From Octopus bimaculoides (Eukaryota): a DNA stretch of 47,819 nucleotides. Below, piece after piece: positions 27,692 to 38,660 of this stretch. The notes below the pieces were generated by a model. That model made no database searches, had not been told where the DNA came from, and saw only the letters and a program-made list of their open reading frames with translations. Positions within the stretch are counted from its first letter, which is position 1, and each line of letters starts with the position of its first letter. The position numbers and the translations under genes were made by a program. The stretch is taken from positions 108,547,382 to 108,595,200 of the forward strand of contig NC_068985.1 of the NCBI RefSeq assembly GCF_001194135.2, given 5' to 3'.

Positions 27692-27872
27692 TCTCTTCAG
27701 AATACATTATTTACATCATTACATTATTTATATTTGACTGATATTTATCCTCATCTTGTTTGTTGTTTAACAACAAACAAGATGAGGACAAATATCCGTC
27801 AAATGTAAATAATGTAAATAATGTACATAATTCCTCATCTCTTAAATATAGAACTATATTCTCTTCAGAATA
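27692..27872 (+). mobile_element. Centre-deleted palindromic PLE pLTR element with 13-bp TSD (no ribozyme)
   Basis: Direct repeat tctcttcagaata at 27692-27704 and 27860-27872. The inside matches both outer arms and the 3' tail (aattcctcatctcttaaatatagaact) of the 30788-31159 element, joined at gttgtt-taacaac. Confidence 0.85.
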
Positions 27873-28594
27873 ATCAACATCGGCTTTTGATGAGACCCCA
27901 ATCGACCCCCACTTTACTAATTCCTTAATTTGTCAAAAGCACGTTTTGCACTTCGAGAACGAGGTGCAGATCCCAATTTTGTAGTCTGTGTACCCAATCA
28001 ATGTAAAATGTGGGCACACTAGATTACCCCTTTCTTCTGCCTCAATCAAAATATCTGGATCAGTCGATGCAGTTGCTTCATTTCCATATTGTGGGTTCAA
28101 GACACCCAATCAGTACCTGTCAAAAATAAGGAAGATGTTCGAGCAGGCATCTCCACTTTATCAGTAAGCCCCACTCGATCACAGCATGGAGCAACGGATC
28201 ATTGCTATGAGTCACTGACATTAAAGAGAGGGAGAATAACCGCCTTACTACGGTTGATGGTGCATGTGGCTATTAATCTGAATGTTCTGCTTTCGCTGTT
28301 AGCTACGCACACTATCACCGACTCACCTTCCCTATCCAGACACTTCGCGATCGAAATCTATCTCAAATAATACACAGAGCTGACAAAGTCGTATATACCA
28401 CGACGCTGTTACTTCGCACAACGGCGAAGTTGATGAAGGACCATTGTTGTGGGTTTGAGATTTGGTCCTAAGTTATTTAATGTTTGGTGGGCGTAAAACA
28501 CTATCTCATCAGATATTCCAAGATATCTGAAATGCGCACGCACGCAGGCACACACACATCACAGACAGACAGACAGACAGACACACACATAGCC

Positions 28595-28669
28595 GGTCAT
28601 AGAGTGATAATTAGTTTCGTACCTATAAAGAGCTTGGCCTTATAGATGACTCGTCAGACTTTGATGGCC
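28595..28669 (-). ncRNA. Degenerate type I hammerhead ribozyme motif (PLE-associated)
   Basis: GGCCAUCAAAGU-CUGACGA-GUCAUCUAUAAGGCCAAGCUCUUUAUAGGUAC-GAAA-CUAAUUA-UC/ACUCUAUGACC: intact core, about 12-bp stem II with a bulge, imperfect stem I, palindromic UAAUUA in stem III with a C-A mismatch. Confidence 0.6.
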
Positions 28670-28789
28670 TAAAGCGCATAATCATTCTATACCTGGAGCA
28701 ACAAATACGTCATGGGCAGTTAGTTTTAGAATATTTGTCCGTGCGGAGTGTGCTCCGGCGAGAAGGGGTCTTATATTGGCTCTGGCCGT

Positions 28790-29330
28790 GGTGATATTCG
28801 AAGAAGTTGCATTGGTCCCAGTCAACGAATTGAGAATTGCAAGCTTGTAGTAGGAAACGCTTTAAATGTGGGTACTGACTAAGTACTTCTTCCTGGAGTT
28901 TGATAAGGTCTCCGGGTCAAGCGGATTTATTAGGATTCTTGCTCTCTCTGTTAAGCAAAGCTTACATCGTTTTCTCCCAGTTATATCAGTCCCCAGTTGT
29001 TCAAGGAGCTTCCATATGCCTGAGGCGTATTGGAACCTGTAAGAAACCCATTAACTGCATTTTTCAATGAGAAAATTTCTCTCTATTGACAGATGGGTGT
29101 AAATACACAGAACCAGCTTGCTAACCCATCTGACCAGACTGGGATGTATGCATTTAGGAGTAGTTATTTCCTCTTCAGCCGCAGAAATTGCACATGGCAT
29201 TGTCGCGAGCTGTCACAAGAGACCATAACTCTCTAATGATATTCCCGTCATCATTCTTTGAATGACTGGTAGCGCTATTTGACAGCTCAGCGTAGATGAA
29301 ATGTAGGGTAATATCAGTAAGCAGTGATGT
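28790..29330 (-). mobile_element. Penelope-like element GIY-YIG C-terminal remnant
   Basis: Minus frame from 29044: SYRFQYASGIWKLLEQLGTDITGRKRCKLCLTERARILINPLDPETLSNSR, then after a frameshift QEEVLSQYPHLKRFLLQ. This matches the PLE endonuclease tail (IW.L..., RCxLCLxE, LLN.R.E..S.C.H...FLL). Extent beyond about 29050 is uncertain. Confidence 0.75.
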
Positions 29331-29390
29331 GCATAAATATGAACTTCATACCAGTTCCAATATGCTTGTGGCATATGCATACATTTCATA

Positions 29391-29426
<36 letters not shown>

Positions 29427-29504
29427 TGTATGTATGTATGTATGTATGTATGTATGTACGTACGTACGTATGTATGTATTATGTATGTATGTATATATAT
29501 ATAT

Positions 29505-29652
29505 GTGGGAGAATATACAAATAATAACAACAGACGAGGACAGGTGGTGTAAATAACAAAAGTATATATTAGTATGACGCTCGGGAATACGGAAAGTCTT
29601 TGACGTTTCGAGCTACGCTCTTCAACAGAAAGAATACGGAGACAAGGAGAAA
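29505..29652 (-). mobile_element. PLE pseudo-LTR fragment of a second family, truncated by a gap
   Basis: Contains the minimal HHR at 29597-29633; sequence is unrelated to the other HHR-bearing units. Confidence 0.6.
29597..29633 (-). ncRNA. Minimal type I hammerhead ribozyme motif with A6-to-U core variant
   Basis: UCUUU-CUGUUGA-A-GAGC(GUA)GCUC-GAAA-CG-UC/AAAGA: 5-bp stem I, 4-bp stem II, loopless palindromic ACGU stem III, GUC cleavage triplet. Confidence 0.65.
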
Positions 29653-29955
29653 NNNNNNNNNNNNNNNNNNNNNNNNNNNNNNNNNNNNNNNNNNNNNNNN
29701 NNNNNNNNNNNNNNNNNNNNNNNNNNNNNNNNNNNNNNNNNNNNNNNNNNNNNNNNNNNNNNNNNNNNNNNNNNNNNNNNNNNNNNNNNNNNNNNNNNNN
29801 NNNNNNNNNNNNNNNNNNNNNNNNNNNNNNNNNNNNNNNNNNNNNNNNNNNNNNNNNNNNNNNNNNNNNNNNNNNNNNNNNNNNNNNNNNNNNNNNNNNN
29901 NNNNNNNNNNNNNNNNNNNNNNNNNNNNNNNNNNNNNNNNNNNNNNNNNNNNNNN

Positions 29956-30014
<59 letters not shown>

Positions 30015-30842
30015 CATAAACACGCATACATGTATGTATGTATGTATGTATGCATGTATACATGCAGATATATATGTTTATATATGAATTATTTTTTAGG
30101 CTATTTTACATTATTTTGCAGTATATTTGACGATATAAAAAATGTTTATGAATATATATAGACACACGCATACACACATACATACACACACTCACACACA
30201 CACAACAAACAAACATATTTATACATGAATGTATATGTGTATTAGTTGTTTTTTCATATCATTTGTCAGACATGATATGCTGTAGTCATGCTCTTATGCT
30301 ACAACACGCATATTGTATGTCAAGACTTCGTTGCAAAGATTTACGATCGATAGATACAACATTGTTGCATATCAAGATATCATTTCAAGAAAACCTCACA
30401 ACACGCATATTATATGACCAGATGTCGTTTCGAAAGCATGATGTTACAACAGATATCGTACAGATATTGTATATAAAAATAAACATTCCCAAGGAATGCA
30501 ATAAAGAAATACTCAATAAATATATTAATAGGAGAAAGTGAACTAACTTTACCGAATATGAATGCATACCACTTAGACTACCGCACCTAAAACGTTCAGA
30601 TACTTTCGAATAAATTTCATATCAGGAAACTACTGGAGTAAGCCCAAAACCTTCTTTAGCACATGTACTGGCAATTAGCCTTTATTGACTCCGATATAAA
30701 AACATCATTAATCCGCTATGGTATCAAAACATGGAACTTACTCCAAATTTGGCTTTTAAGATTTAATAGCAAACACTAAATTCTCTACATTATTTACATT
30801 ATTTACATTTGACGGATATTTGTCCTCATCTTGTTTGTTGTT

Positions 30843-30888
30843 AACACAACGTTTCGGCTGACATACCCTCCAGCCTTCGTCAGGTGTC
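30843..30888 (-). ncRNA. Minimal type I hammerhead ribozyme (left-arm copy)
   Basis: Exact reverse complement of 31025-31070. Confidence 0.8.
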
Positions 30889-31024
30889 TTGGGGAAATTT
30901 CGAACCTGGGTTCTCATTCCTAACGATGTTACTATTATTATATTATTATTATTATTACTATTATTAATAATATAATAATAGTAACATCGTTAGGAATGAG
31001 AACCCAAGTTCGAAATTTCCCCAA

Positions 31025-31070
31025 GACACCTGACGAAGGCTGGAGGGTATGTCAGCCGAAACGTTGTGTT
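31025..31070 (+). ncRNA. Minimal type I hammerhead ribozyme (right-arm copy)
   Basis: GACAC-CUGACGA-A-GGCUG(GAGGGUAUGU)CAGCC-GAAA-CG-UU/GUGUU: stem I GACAC:GUGUU, stem II 5 bp, palindromic ACGU stem III, predicted cleavage after 31065 (GUU). Confidence 0.8.
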
Positions 31071-31249
31071 AACAACAAACAAGATGAGGACAAATATCCG
31101 TCAAATGTAAATAATGTAAATAATGTAAATAATTCCTCATCTCTTAAATATAGAACTGTACTAAATTCTCTATTTAAAATAATGCCTTCAAAACAAAACT
31201 GCATGTGTGTGTGTGAAGTGTGTGCACGCGCTTGTGTATGTATCTGCAT

Positions 31250-31452
31250 TTGTTTCCCACCTCCACTTAACAACCAGTTTCGGTTTCCTTACGTTCCTGT
31301 AACCTGGCAGTTCGACAAGAGATACCTATAGAATAAGCAGTATCAAGCTTAAAAATAAACACTGGGTTCGATTTGTTCTGAAAAACACCCATCGAGATGG
31401 TGCTTCAGGGTGGCCGCAGACCAATAACTGAAACAAGTAAAAGTCAAAAGAA
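31250..31452 (+). mobile_element. Family-A SINE 3' half
   Basis: acgttcctgtaacctggcagttcg...ctgggttcgatttg...ggccgcagaccaataactgaaacaagtaaaag. Confidence 0.75.
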
Positions 31453-31858
31453 TAACATATCCTCTTGTAGAGTTTGGGTTCACTAAGGTCACACGGTGAT
31501 GCGTCAGATAATCGCTTGTAACAGAGCGGTGCTGTGATAAATAGCCAACCGAGTAAAATTACTACCCGGAACTAAATTATTCTGGTCTGTCTGTCTCAAA
31601 ATGTTGAGGACGGGGAGGTGCGAGCACCGGAAAGGGCAGTGCTATAATGGGTAGCGCCAACCTGATACCTGCTGAGGCTTGATCAAGCCCCAGCTGGGTC
31701 GTGTGGGCGAGGGTGTCCAGAAACATTACCGATGCTGTGTCGAGGAGCATCACAACATGACGTGTGGAAAAACTATACTCATTAATGACGGGAGGGAGCG
31801 AGCTGTCGTAGCAGACAAGGGTTCGTTGAAGAATTGTAAGGGAAAGAAAGAGGGCAAC

Positions 31859-31959
<101 letters not shown>

Positions 31960-32330
31960 TACATACACATGCAAACATACACAAACCTAAGCTGAGAAGC
32001 TCTTACGTTAGGGTATCCCCGAGTAGTTCAAAGTTCCAAGTTTATTAACGGGCAGTCTCGAGCGCTTTTTTAATCTCCCTAATCTCAGTTACAAGAGTTG
32101 GTTCATCACAAATCTATCGGGGTGGTGGAGGATACACTTGCCTAATACCCCATAGTAGTTCGTAGCTTGTATTGGAGTGTCTTAAGATAGTGAATTGAAC
32201 TTCCTAACACACACGGTTGTGTGTTGATGAGTTTGTGTGCGTATGTGTGTATGTGTAGATATACATAAATGTATGCATTTATATGAATATAAATATTTAT
32301 ACACACACACACACACACAGACACACACAA

Positions 32331-32441
<111 letters not shown>

Positions 32442-34262
32442 CATATATATATGTGTGTGTGTGTATTTATATATACATATAATGCATACATATATGCATA
32501 CATGCATACATATACATACATGCAGACATACACACAAGTATGGGTGTTGTGCGCGTGTCTGTGACGAGGGTGGGTAATGTCTAATTGATTATAACAATAT
32601 TCAAATTGGTATTTTACACAGAAATTGCCACATTACTGTTAAAAAGTATCAAAAGGCCACATTAGTACCTCCTTATTTGTGGTAGACATTCAGGCACCAG
32701 TGAGACCTTTCTGGACTGTTATGTCTGTATACACATAAACAAGAAATCATGCATGAACAAAGGCCGATGTCAATGCTACTACTGGTAGCGGTGGTGGGGA
32801 ATATGCTGCTTGCGGTGGTTGTGGTGGTGGTGGTTGCGGTGGTGGTGGTGGTTTGGTGGTAGTTGTGGTGGTAAAATGTTGGTAAGGTTATTAGATGTAT
32901 TGGAGATGGTAGAAATAATTATGATGGCGAAGGTGGAGGTGGTGGTGGTGGTGGTGGTGGTTGTGTTGGTGGTAGTGTTTGGAGTATTGGTGGTGGTGGT
33001 TGCGGTGGTGGTGGTGGTTTGGTGGTAGTTGTGGTGGTAAAATGTTGGTAAGGTTATTAGATGTATTGGNNNNNNNNNNNNNNNNNNNNNNNNNNNNNNN
33101 NNNNNNNNNNNNNNNNNNNNNNNNNNNNNNNNNNNNNNNNNNNNNNNNNNNNNNNNNNNNNNNNNNNNNNNNNNNNNNNNNNNNNNNNNNNNNNNNNNNN
33201 NNNNNNNNNNNNNNNNNNNNNNNNNNNNNNNNNNNNNNNNNNNNNNNNNNNNNNNNNNNNNNNNNNNNNNNNNNNNNNNNNNNNNNNNNNNNNNNNNNNN
33301 NNNNNNNNNNNNNNNNNNNNNNNNNNNNNNNNNNNNNNNNNNNNNNNNNNNNNNNNNNNNNNNNNNNNNNNNNNNNNNNNNNNNNNNNNNNNNNNNNNNN
33401 NNNNNNNNNNNNNNNNNNNNNNNNNNNNNNNNNNNNNNNNNNNNNNNNNNNNNNNNNNNNNNNNNNNNNNNNNNNNNNNNNNNNNNNNNNNNNNNNNNNN
33501 NNNNNNNNNNNNNNNNNNNNNNNNNNNNNNNNNNNNNNNNNNNNNNNNNNNNNNNNNNNNNNNNNNNNNNNNNNNNNNNNNNNNNNNNNNNNNNNNNNNN
33601 NNNNNNNNNNNNNNNNNNNNNNNNNNNNNNNNNNNNNNNNNNNNNNNNNNNNNNNNNNNNNNNNNNNNNNNNNNNNNNNNNNNNNNNNNNNNNNNNNNNN
33701 NNNNNNNNNNNNNNNNNNNNNNNNNNNNNNNNNNNNNNNNNNNNNNNNNNNNNNNNNNNNNNNNNNNNNNNNNTGGCTGTTTCTATTGATGCAAGTGGTG
33801 ATATGTAGTTGCACTGATGGTGCTGACTGTGAGATTAGATGTAGCCGCGGTGGAGGCGGCGGCGGCGGCGGTGGTTATGGTGGTGGAAGTGGTGTTGTTG
33901 TTGGTGGCGTTAACAATGGAAAGGGTGGTGATGTGACTGGTGGAGTGGTAGAAGTGGTGGTGGTATGCAGCCGTAATTGTCGAGTCGGTGGTTGCAATAG
34001 TATGTTGCTGTAGTAGTGGTAGTGGTTACAGTTGCATTGGTGATGGTGGTGGTGCTGGTGGTTTTGGTGAGGTTTGCAGTATTGGTAGTAGTGATGGTAC
34101 GCCAGTGAAGTATTAGCTATGCTGGTGTTGGTGGTGGTGGCTGTATGTTGGTTTAGATGTCAATATGGAGATAATGATGATGATGATGATGATGATGATG
34201 TTCGTGATGGTGCTGTTGGTAGAAAGGACGGTAGTAATGGTTGAGGTGGTAGAATCTTGGTG

Positions 34263-34936
34263 GGATCTATTTTAAAACGGGGGCGCCAGTATTTTCTTAA
34301 CGAAACACTAACGAAACACTTTGAAACTTGGGACACTGGTAGAATGTGTCATATAAAACATCTTTTACTCTTAGTCTTCTTAACAAAAAAAAAGGAATTC
34401 GCAAGTTATTCCATGTAAATGTTGTCGTATTTCTGTAATTTCAACCAATCACTGACGTCTATTCAGCTGTATAGAGTTACTGCTGGGCGGTCATAAAAAT
34501 GTTATTCCCTGTGACATATTTCATCCGGTTTAATCGTAATTTATACGCATATATTGTTTATATAATAAATTACGCTGTGCGTATCTATGTGTGTAACAAT
34601 TTTAGAGTTCGGATTCTCGAGTTAGGGTTAGTTTTAGGGTTAGGGTTAGGGTTACGGTTACGGTTAACAGTCTAGTTAGGGTTAGTGTTAGGGTTAGGGG
34701 ATTAATACGATATACACCGTTACAGCGCTAACTGTTTTCAACTGAATAGACGTCAGTGATTAGTAGAAATTATCGAAATAAGACAATTTTTTACATGAAA
34801 TAAATTCGAATACAAAATTTTTTTTCTGTTCTATAACACAAAATAGATAAGTATACGAAGTTTGAAAGTCTTTCCGTACCAAAAACACTACATAAAACAT
34901 AAATGAAAACTGGCGCCCCCGTTTTGAAATAGATCC
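34263..34936. mobile_element. 674-bp MITE, probably Merlin superfamily, with internal TTAGGG repeats
   Basis: 28-bp TIRs ggatctattttaaaacgggggcgccagt (34263-34290) and actggcgcccccgttttgaaatagatcc (34909-34936), 1 mismatch. 8-bp TSD tcttggtg at 34255-34262 and 34937-34944. GG termini with an 8-bp TSD fit Merlin rather than hAT. Confidence 0.85.
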
Positions 34937-35596
34937 TCTTGGTGTAGTATGGGTGTAGTTAAGTTGTTAGTAGTCATGATAATTGTATGCTGATGTGTTG
35001 ATTTTAGTAGCAGTATTGGCTGCAGTTTTAGTGGTATATTGGCGGGTGTCAGATGTGGTAGCGAGACCGCAGCAGTGATAATAGTTGTAGTTGTAGTTGT
35101 GGTGGTGGTGCTGGTGGTAGTCGTAGTAGTTGTGGTAATCGTGGTGTGGTTGTGGTGGTGATGTTATGATGCTGTGATGTAGATCAGAGTGAGGTGAATA
35201 TTGATGGTGTTGGTATGTTTGCAACGGTTGTGGTTGCGGTTGATGTGGCTGGATGTTGAGGTGGTATTATTAGAAGTGTTGTTGTTGTTGTTGTTGAGGT
35301 GGTGGTGGTGTTAGTGGTAGTCTTAGTCGTATGTTGATGTGGTGTTGTGTAGGGGATGGGAAGAGGTGATAGTGGTAAGAATACGTTGATGTGAGGCTAG
35401 ATGTATAGATGGTGCTGCTGGTGGTGCTGGTAGTGGTAGTCATAATGGTAGTGGCAATGGTGATGATAGTCGTAGTGGTGGTGGTGGTGGTAGTAGTGGA
35501 CGTGATAATGGTGGTTGTAGTGATGGTGGGAGTAGTGGTAGTGGTGGTGATATTAGTATTGTTGTTCGGAGCTGTGATGGTGGTGGTAGTGGATAT

Positions 35597-35668
35597 CTTA
35601 ATAACATAGGAATCACAAGGATCCATCGAGGAAAAAAAAAAAAACAAAAAAACAATTGGGAACCACTG
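35597..35668 (+). mobile_element. hAT-type MITE right-end fragment
   Basis: Ends in ttgggaaccactg, the reverse complement of CAGTGGTTCCCAA, a typical Charlie/Buster-type terminus; left end not found. Confidence 0.5.
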
Positions 35669-35884
35669 TGTTAGAGAGTAGTAATGATAATGGTGGTGGA
35701 GGTGAAAGTAGTCATTTTGGTGTTAGATGTGTTTGATGTTGATAGTGATGAAATGGTGAATGTTATGGTAACGGTGGTGTTATGACGGTGTGTTTCTTAG
35801 ATATGTTGCTAATGATTGTGAAGATGGTGGTATTGGTTTGATATTAGATGTGAAAAAAGTCTGTCGTATATAATATGGGCGTGT

Positions 35885-36090
35885 CTTTGTGTCTGTGTTT
35901 GTCTCTCACCACTGCTTGACAACTGGTGTTGGTGAGAGTACGAACCCCGTAACTTGGCGGTTCAGCAAAAAAGACTGATAAAATAAATACCAGGCTTTAA
36001 AAGATAAGTACTGGGGTCGATTCATTTGACTAAAAATATTTCCAGGTGGTGCCCCAGCATGGCCGCGGTCAAATGACTGAAACAAGTAAA
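35885..36090 (+). mobile_element. Family-A SINE 3' half
   Basis: ccccgtaacttggcggttcagcaaaa...tactggggtcgattcatttgac...ccccagcatggccgcggtcaaatgactgaaacaagtaaaag. Confidence 0.85.
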
Positions 36091-36109
36091 AGATAAAGAG
36101 AGCTTCCTT

Positions 36110-36420
36110 CCCGATGTGAGAAACCCCTATGCAAAGCCACGAGTAAACACAAAACCTCTAGCAACACCTGGTGAGTAAGTAGACGCCTTTTTTTCCCCCT
36201 TCTCCAAACTTTTTCCGGTCATTATGGAAGATTTAAGAATAGGTTGCATAAATGTTCGTGGCTTGGGATCGCCCTGGAAGCAAGTTCGCCCGTTCAACGA
36301 ATTCAGGTCACTAACTATGGAGTGAAGGCCGTCAACGAAACCAGGATTTAGGTGACCCGCCTTGTATTCGCCGATTGTAGCTGAGAAATGGAACATTTTG
36401 AGCGTATGGTTTTCATACTC
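36110..36420 (+). mobile_element. L1/Tx1-type LINE fragment: start of the ORF2 APE endonuclease
   Basis: From ATG at 36224: MEDLRIGCINVRGLGSPWKQVRPFNEFRSLTM, then after a frameshift VKAVNETRI; contains the N-V-R-G-L and E-T motifs of APE domains. Confidence 0.75.
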
Positions 36421-36999
36421 GTTAATGACGTAGCAACATTTTTATTTACCAATTCGCTACTCGTGCTTGATGTCTCAAAAACTTGTGGTTTCGGTCCAGC
36501 AAGCTCTAAGATTCTTTTGTTGTTTCTTTTTTTCTTTTTTGCAATGGATTTCTTCGTAGATATGTAGTAACTGGAATGTCCATCCATCCATCCATCCATC
36601 CATCCATCCATCCATCCATCCATCCATCCATCCATCCGAACATATATATGTAATAATACAAATAATATGTGAGTATATGCATATATACGTACATNNNNNN
36701 NNNNCATCCATCCGAACATATATATGTAATAATACAAATAATATGTGAGTATATGCATATATACGTACATGTATGTACATACCTACATCTACATGTATAT
36801 ATAGATGAATATCTGGGTACAGGATGTTGCAAAAAAAAAAACGTGGACAAAATGGTAAACAGAGCACAGAAAACACACAGGCCACATAGAGAACATTTCC
36901 TTCATCAGCTGCCACCATTCTAAAACTAAGCGTTTCGAAGGTAAACTTCCAAACTAGTTCCTTCCCTGAAATTTCCTCCCGATGCATTTGTCGGCTCGG

Positions 37000-37097
37000 A
37001 GCCAGAGTGGAAGGCACTGAGGCCCACTGTGTCTCGCAGTGAAACTGAACCTGAAACAGGTTGACTGCAAAGCGATCTTCTTAACCACACAGCCATG
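37000..37097 (-). mobile_element. Family-A SINE head, degenerate
   Basis: gcagtgaaactgaacc...cttcttaaccacacagccatg. Confidence 0.6.
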
Positions 37098-37483
37098 AAT
37101 TTACAAGATCTAATCGAATCTCCGTTATTTTCAAAACTGAGTATTTCAGTTGTTCGATCAACTAAATCACCTAGTCGTTCAATCCGCAGACACTTCTATC
37201 AATAACGCAATTCTCGGGCAAAATATCAGCATGACACAACGTGTGCAAAGGCAGCATGTTCGAACGATACGTACAATGCAGCCAATGCTCTGCTACTGGT
37301 TTTATACATCCAATAATATCTCATCTCAAATGATCGACCTGAAGTTCTTGAAAGAAACCCCACTGGCTCCTAGAGGTCACGCAGTGCTATGGAAACCGAA
37401 GGTGCACGATTGCGAAATGAATTTCTAAAACAGATCCGGTCGTACTTACGTCAATAATACGAACTAACAATAAGAATGATGAC

Positions 37484-37528
<45 letters not shown>

Positions 37529-37612
37529 ACTACAGATGGTGGTGGTGGTAGTGGTGGTTATGTCGGTGAAGAACGATGATGATGGAGGTAGTGGTGGTAG
37601 TGGTGGTGGTGG

Positions 37613-37682
<70 letters not shown>

Positions 37683-37858
37683 AAGGAGAGGGAGAAGGAA
37701 GAATAGGTGGATGTATTTGTCTTTCTGTAGACTCATCTCCATGAAATATATCAATTATATATTTGCAGATGTCTTCCTTTCTGTCTTAGGTTTTCTAAAT
37801 ATAAAATCATTTTCCAGTTTTTTCTTGTTCATTTTCTTTCTCTGCTTATCTCGACTAT

Positions 37859-37889
<31 letters not shown>

Positions 37890-38179
37890 TTTGTTTATTT
37901 AGTTATTTATTTGTCTATCAGTTACTCCCGTCAGTACTTTATCTAAATATATATATTCGACTATTTATCCGTCAGATTTTGTGTGCGTATGTGTCTTTGT
38001 GTGTGTGTGTCCTTGTGTGTGTGTGTGCGTGTTTGTGCGTTTGTACATGTACTTATATCATGGTTTCTATCTTCTTATCAATATGTATCACATTTTTTTC
38101 TTTCTCTACACCAACAGAAAAAGAAATAACTCCTTTAAACTTATTTCATCATATAAGCCATTACTGTTCTACTTTGGAT

Positions 38180-38660
<481 letters not shown>

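Larger units (their letters stand above)
30775..31172. mobile_element. 372-bp palindromic PLE-derived element (inverted plus direct pLTR) with 13-bp TSD
   Basis: TSD actaaattctcta at 30775-30787 and 31160-31172. Arms 30786-30947 and 30966-31127 (162 bp, one mismatch at 30906/31007), 18-nt AT spacer, and an about 30-nt 3' tail present only on the right copy. Confidence 0.92.
32780..35830. repeat. Long degenerate (GGT/GAT/GTT)n low-complexity domain containing a gap and a MITE
   Basis: Continuous GT-rich trinucleotide decay; an about 80-bp block at 32821-32903 is repeated at about 32988-33069. Confidence 0.85.

Noticed and set aside
27650-27702. Minus-strand CTGAAGA...GAAAGATC resembling a hammerhead
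   Set aside because: Stem II needs a 3-nt bulge next to the core, stem I has only two pairs, and the motif overlaps a TSD; probably chance.
36630-36770. Direct duplication around a 10-N gap
   Set aside because: Likely the same assembly artefact.
37150-37428. 92-aa ORF in apparently unique sequence
   Set aside because: No recognisable motif or splice signals, and its 3' third resembles a degenerate antisense SINE.
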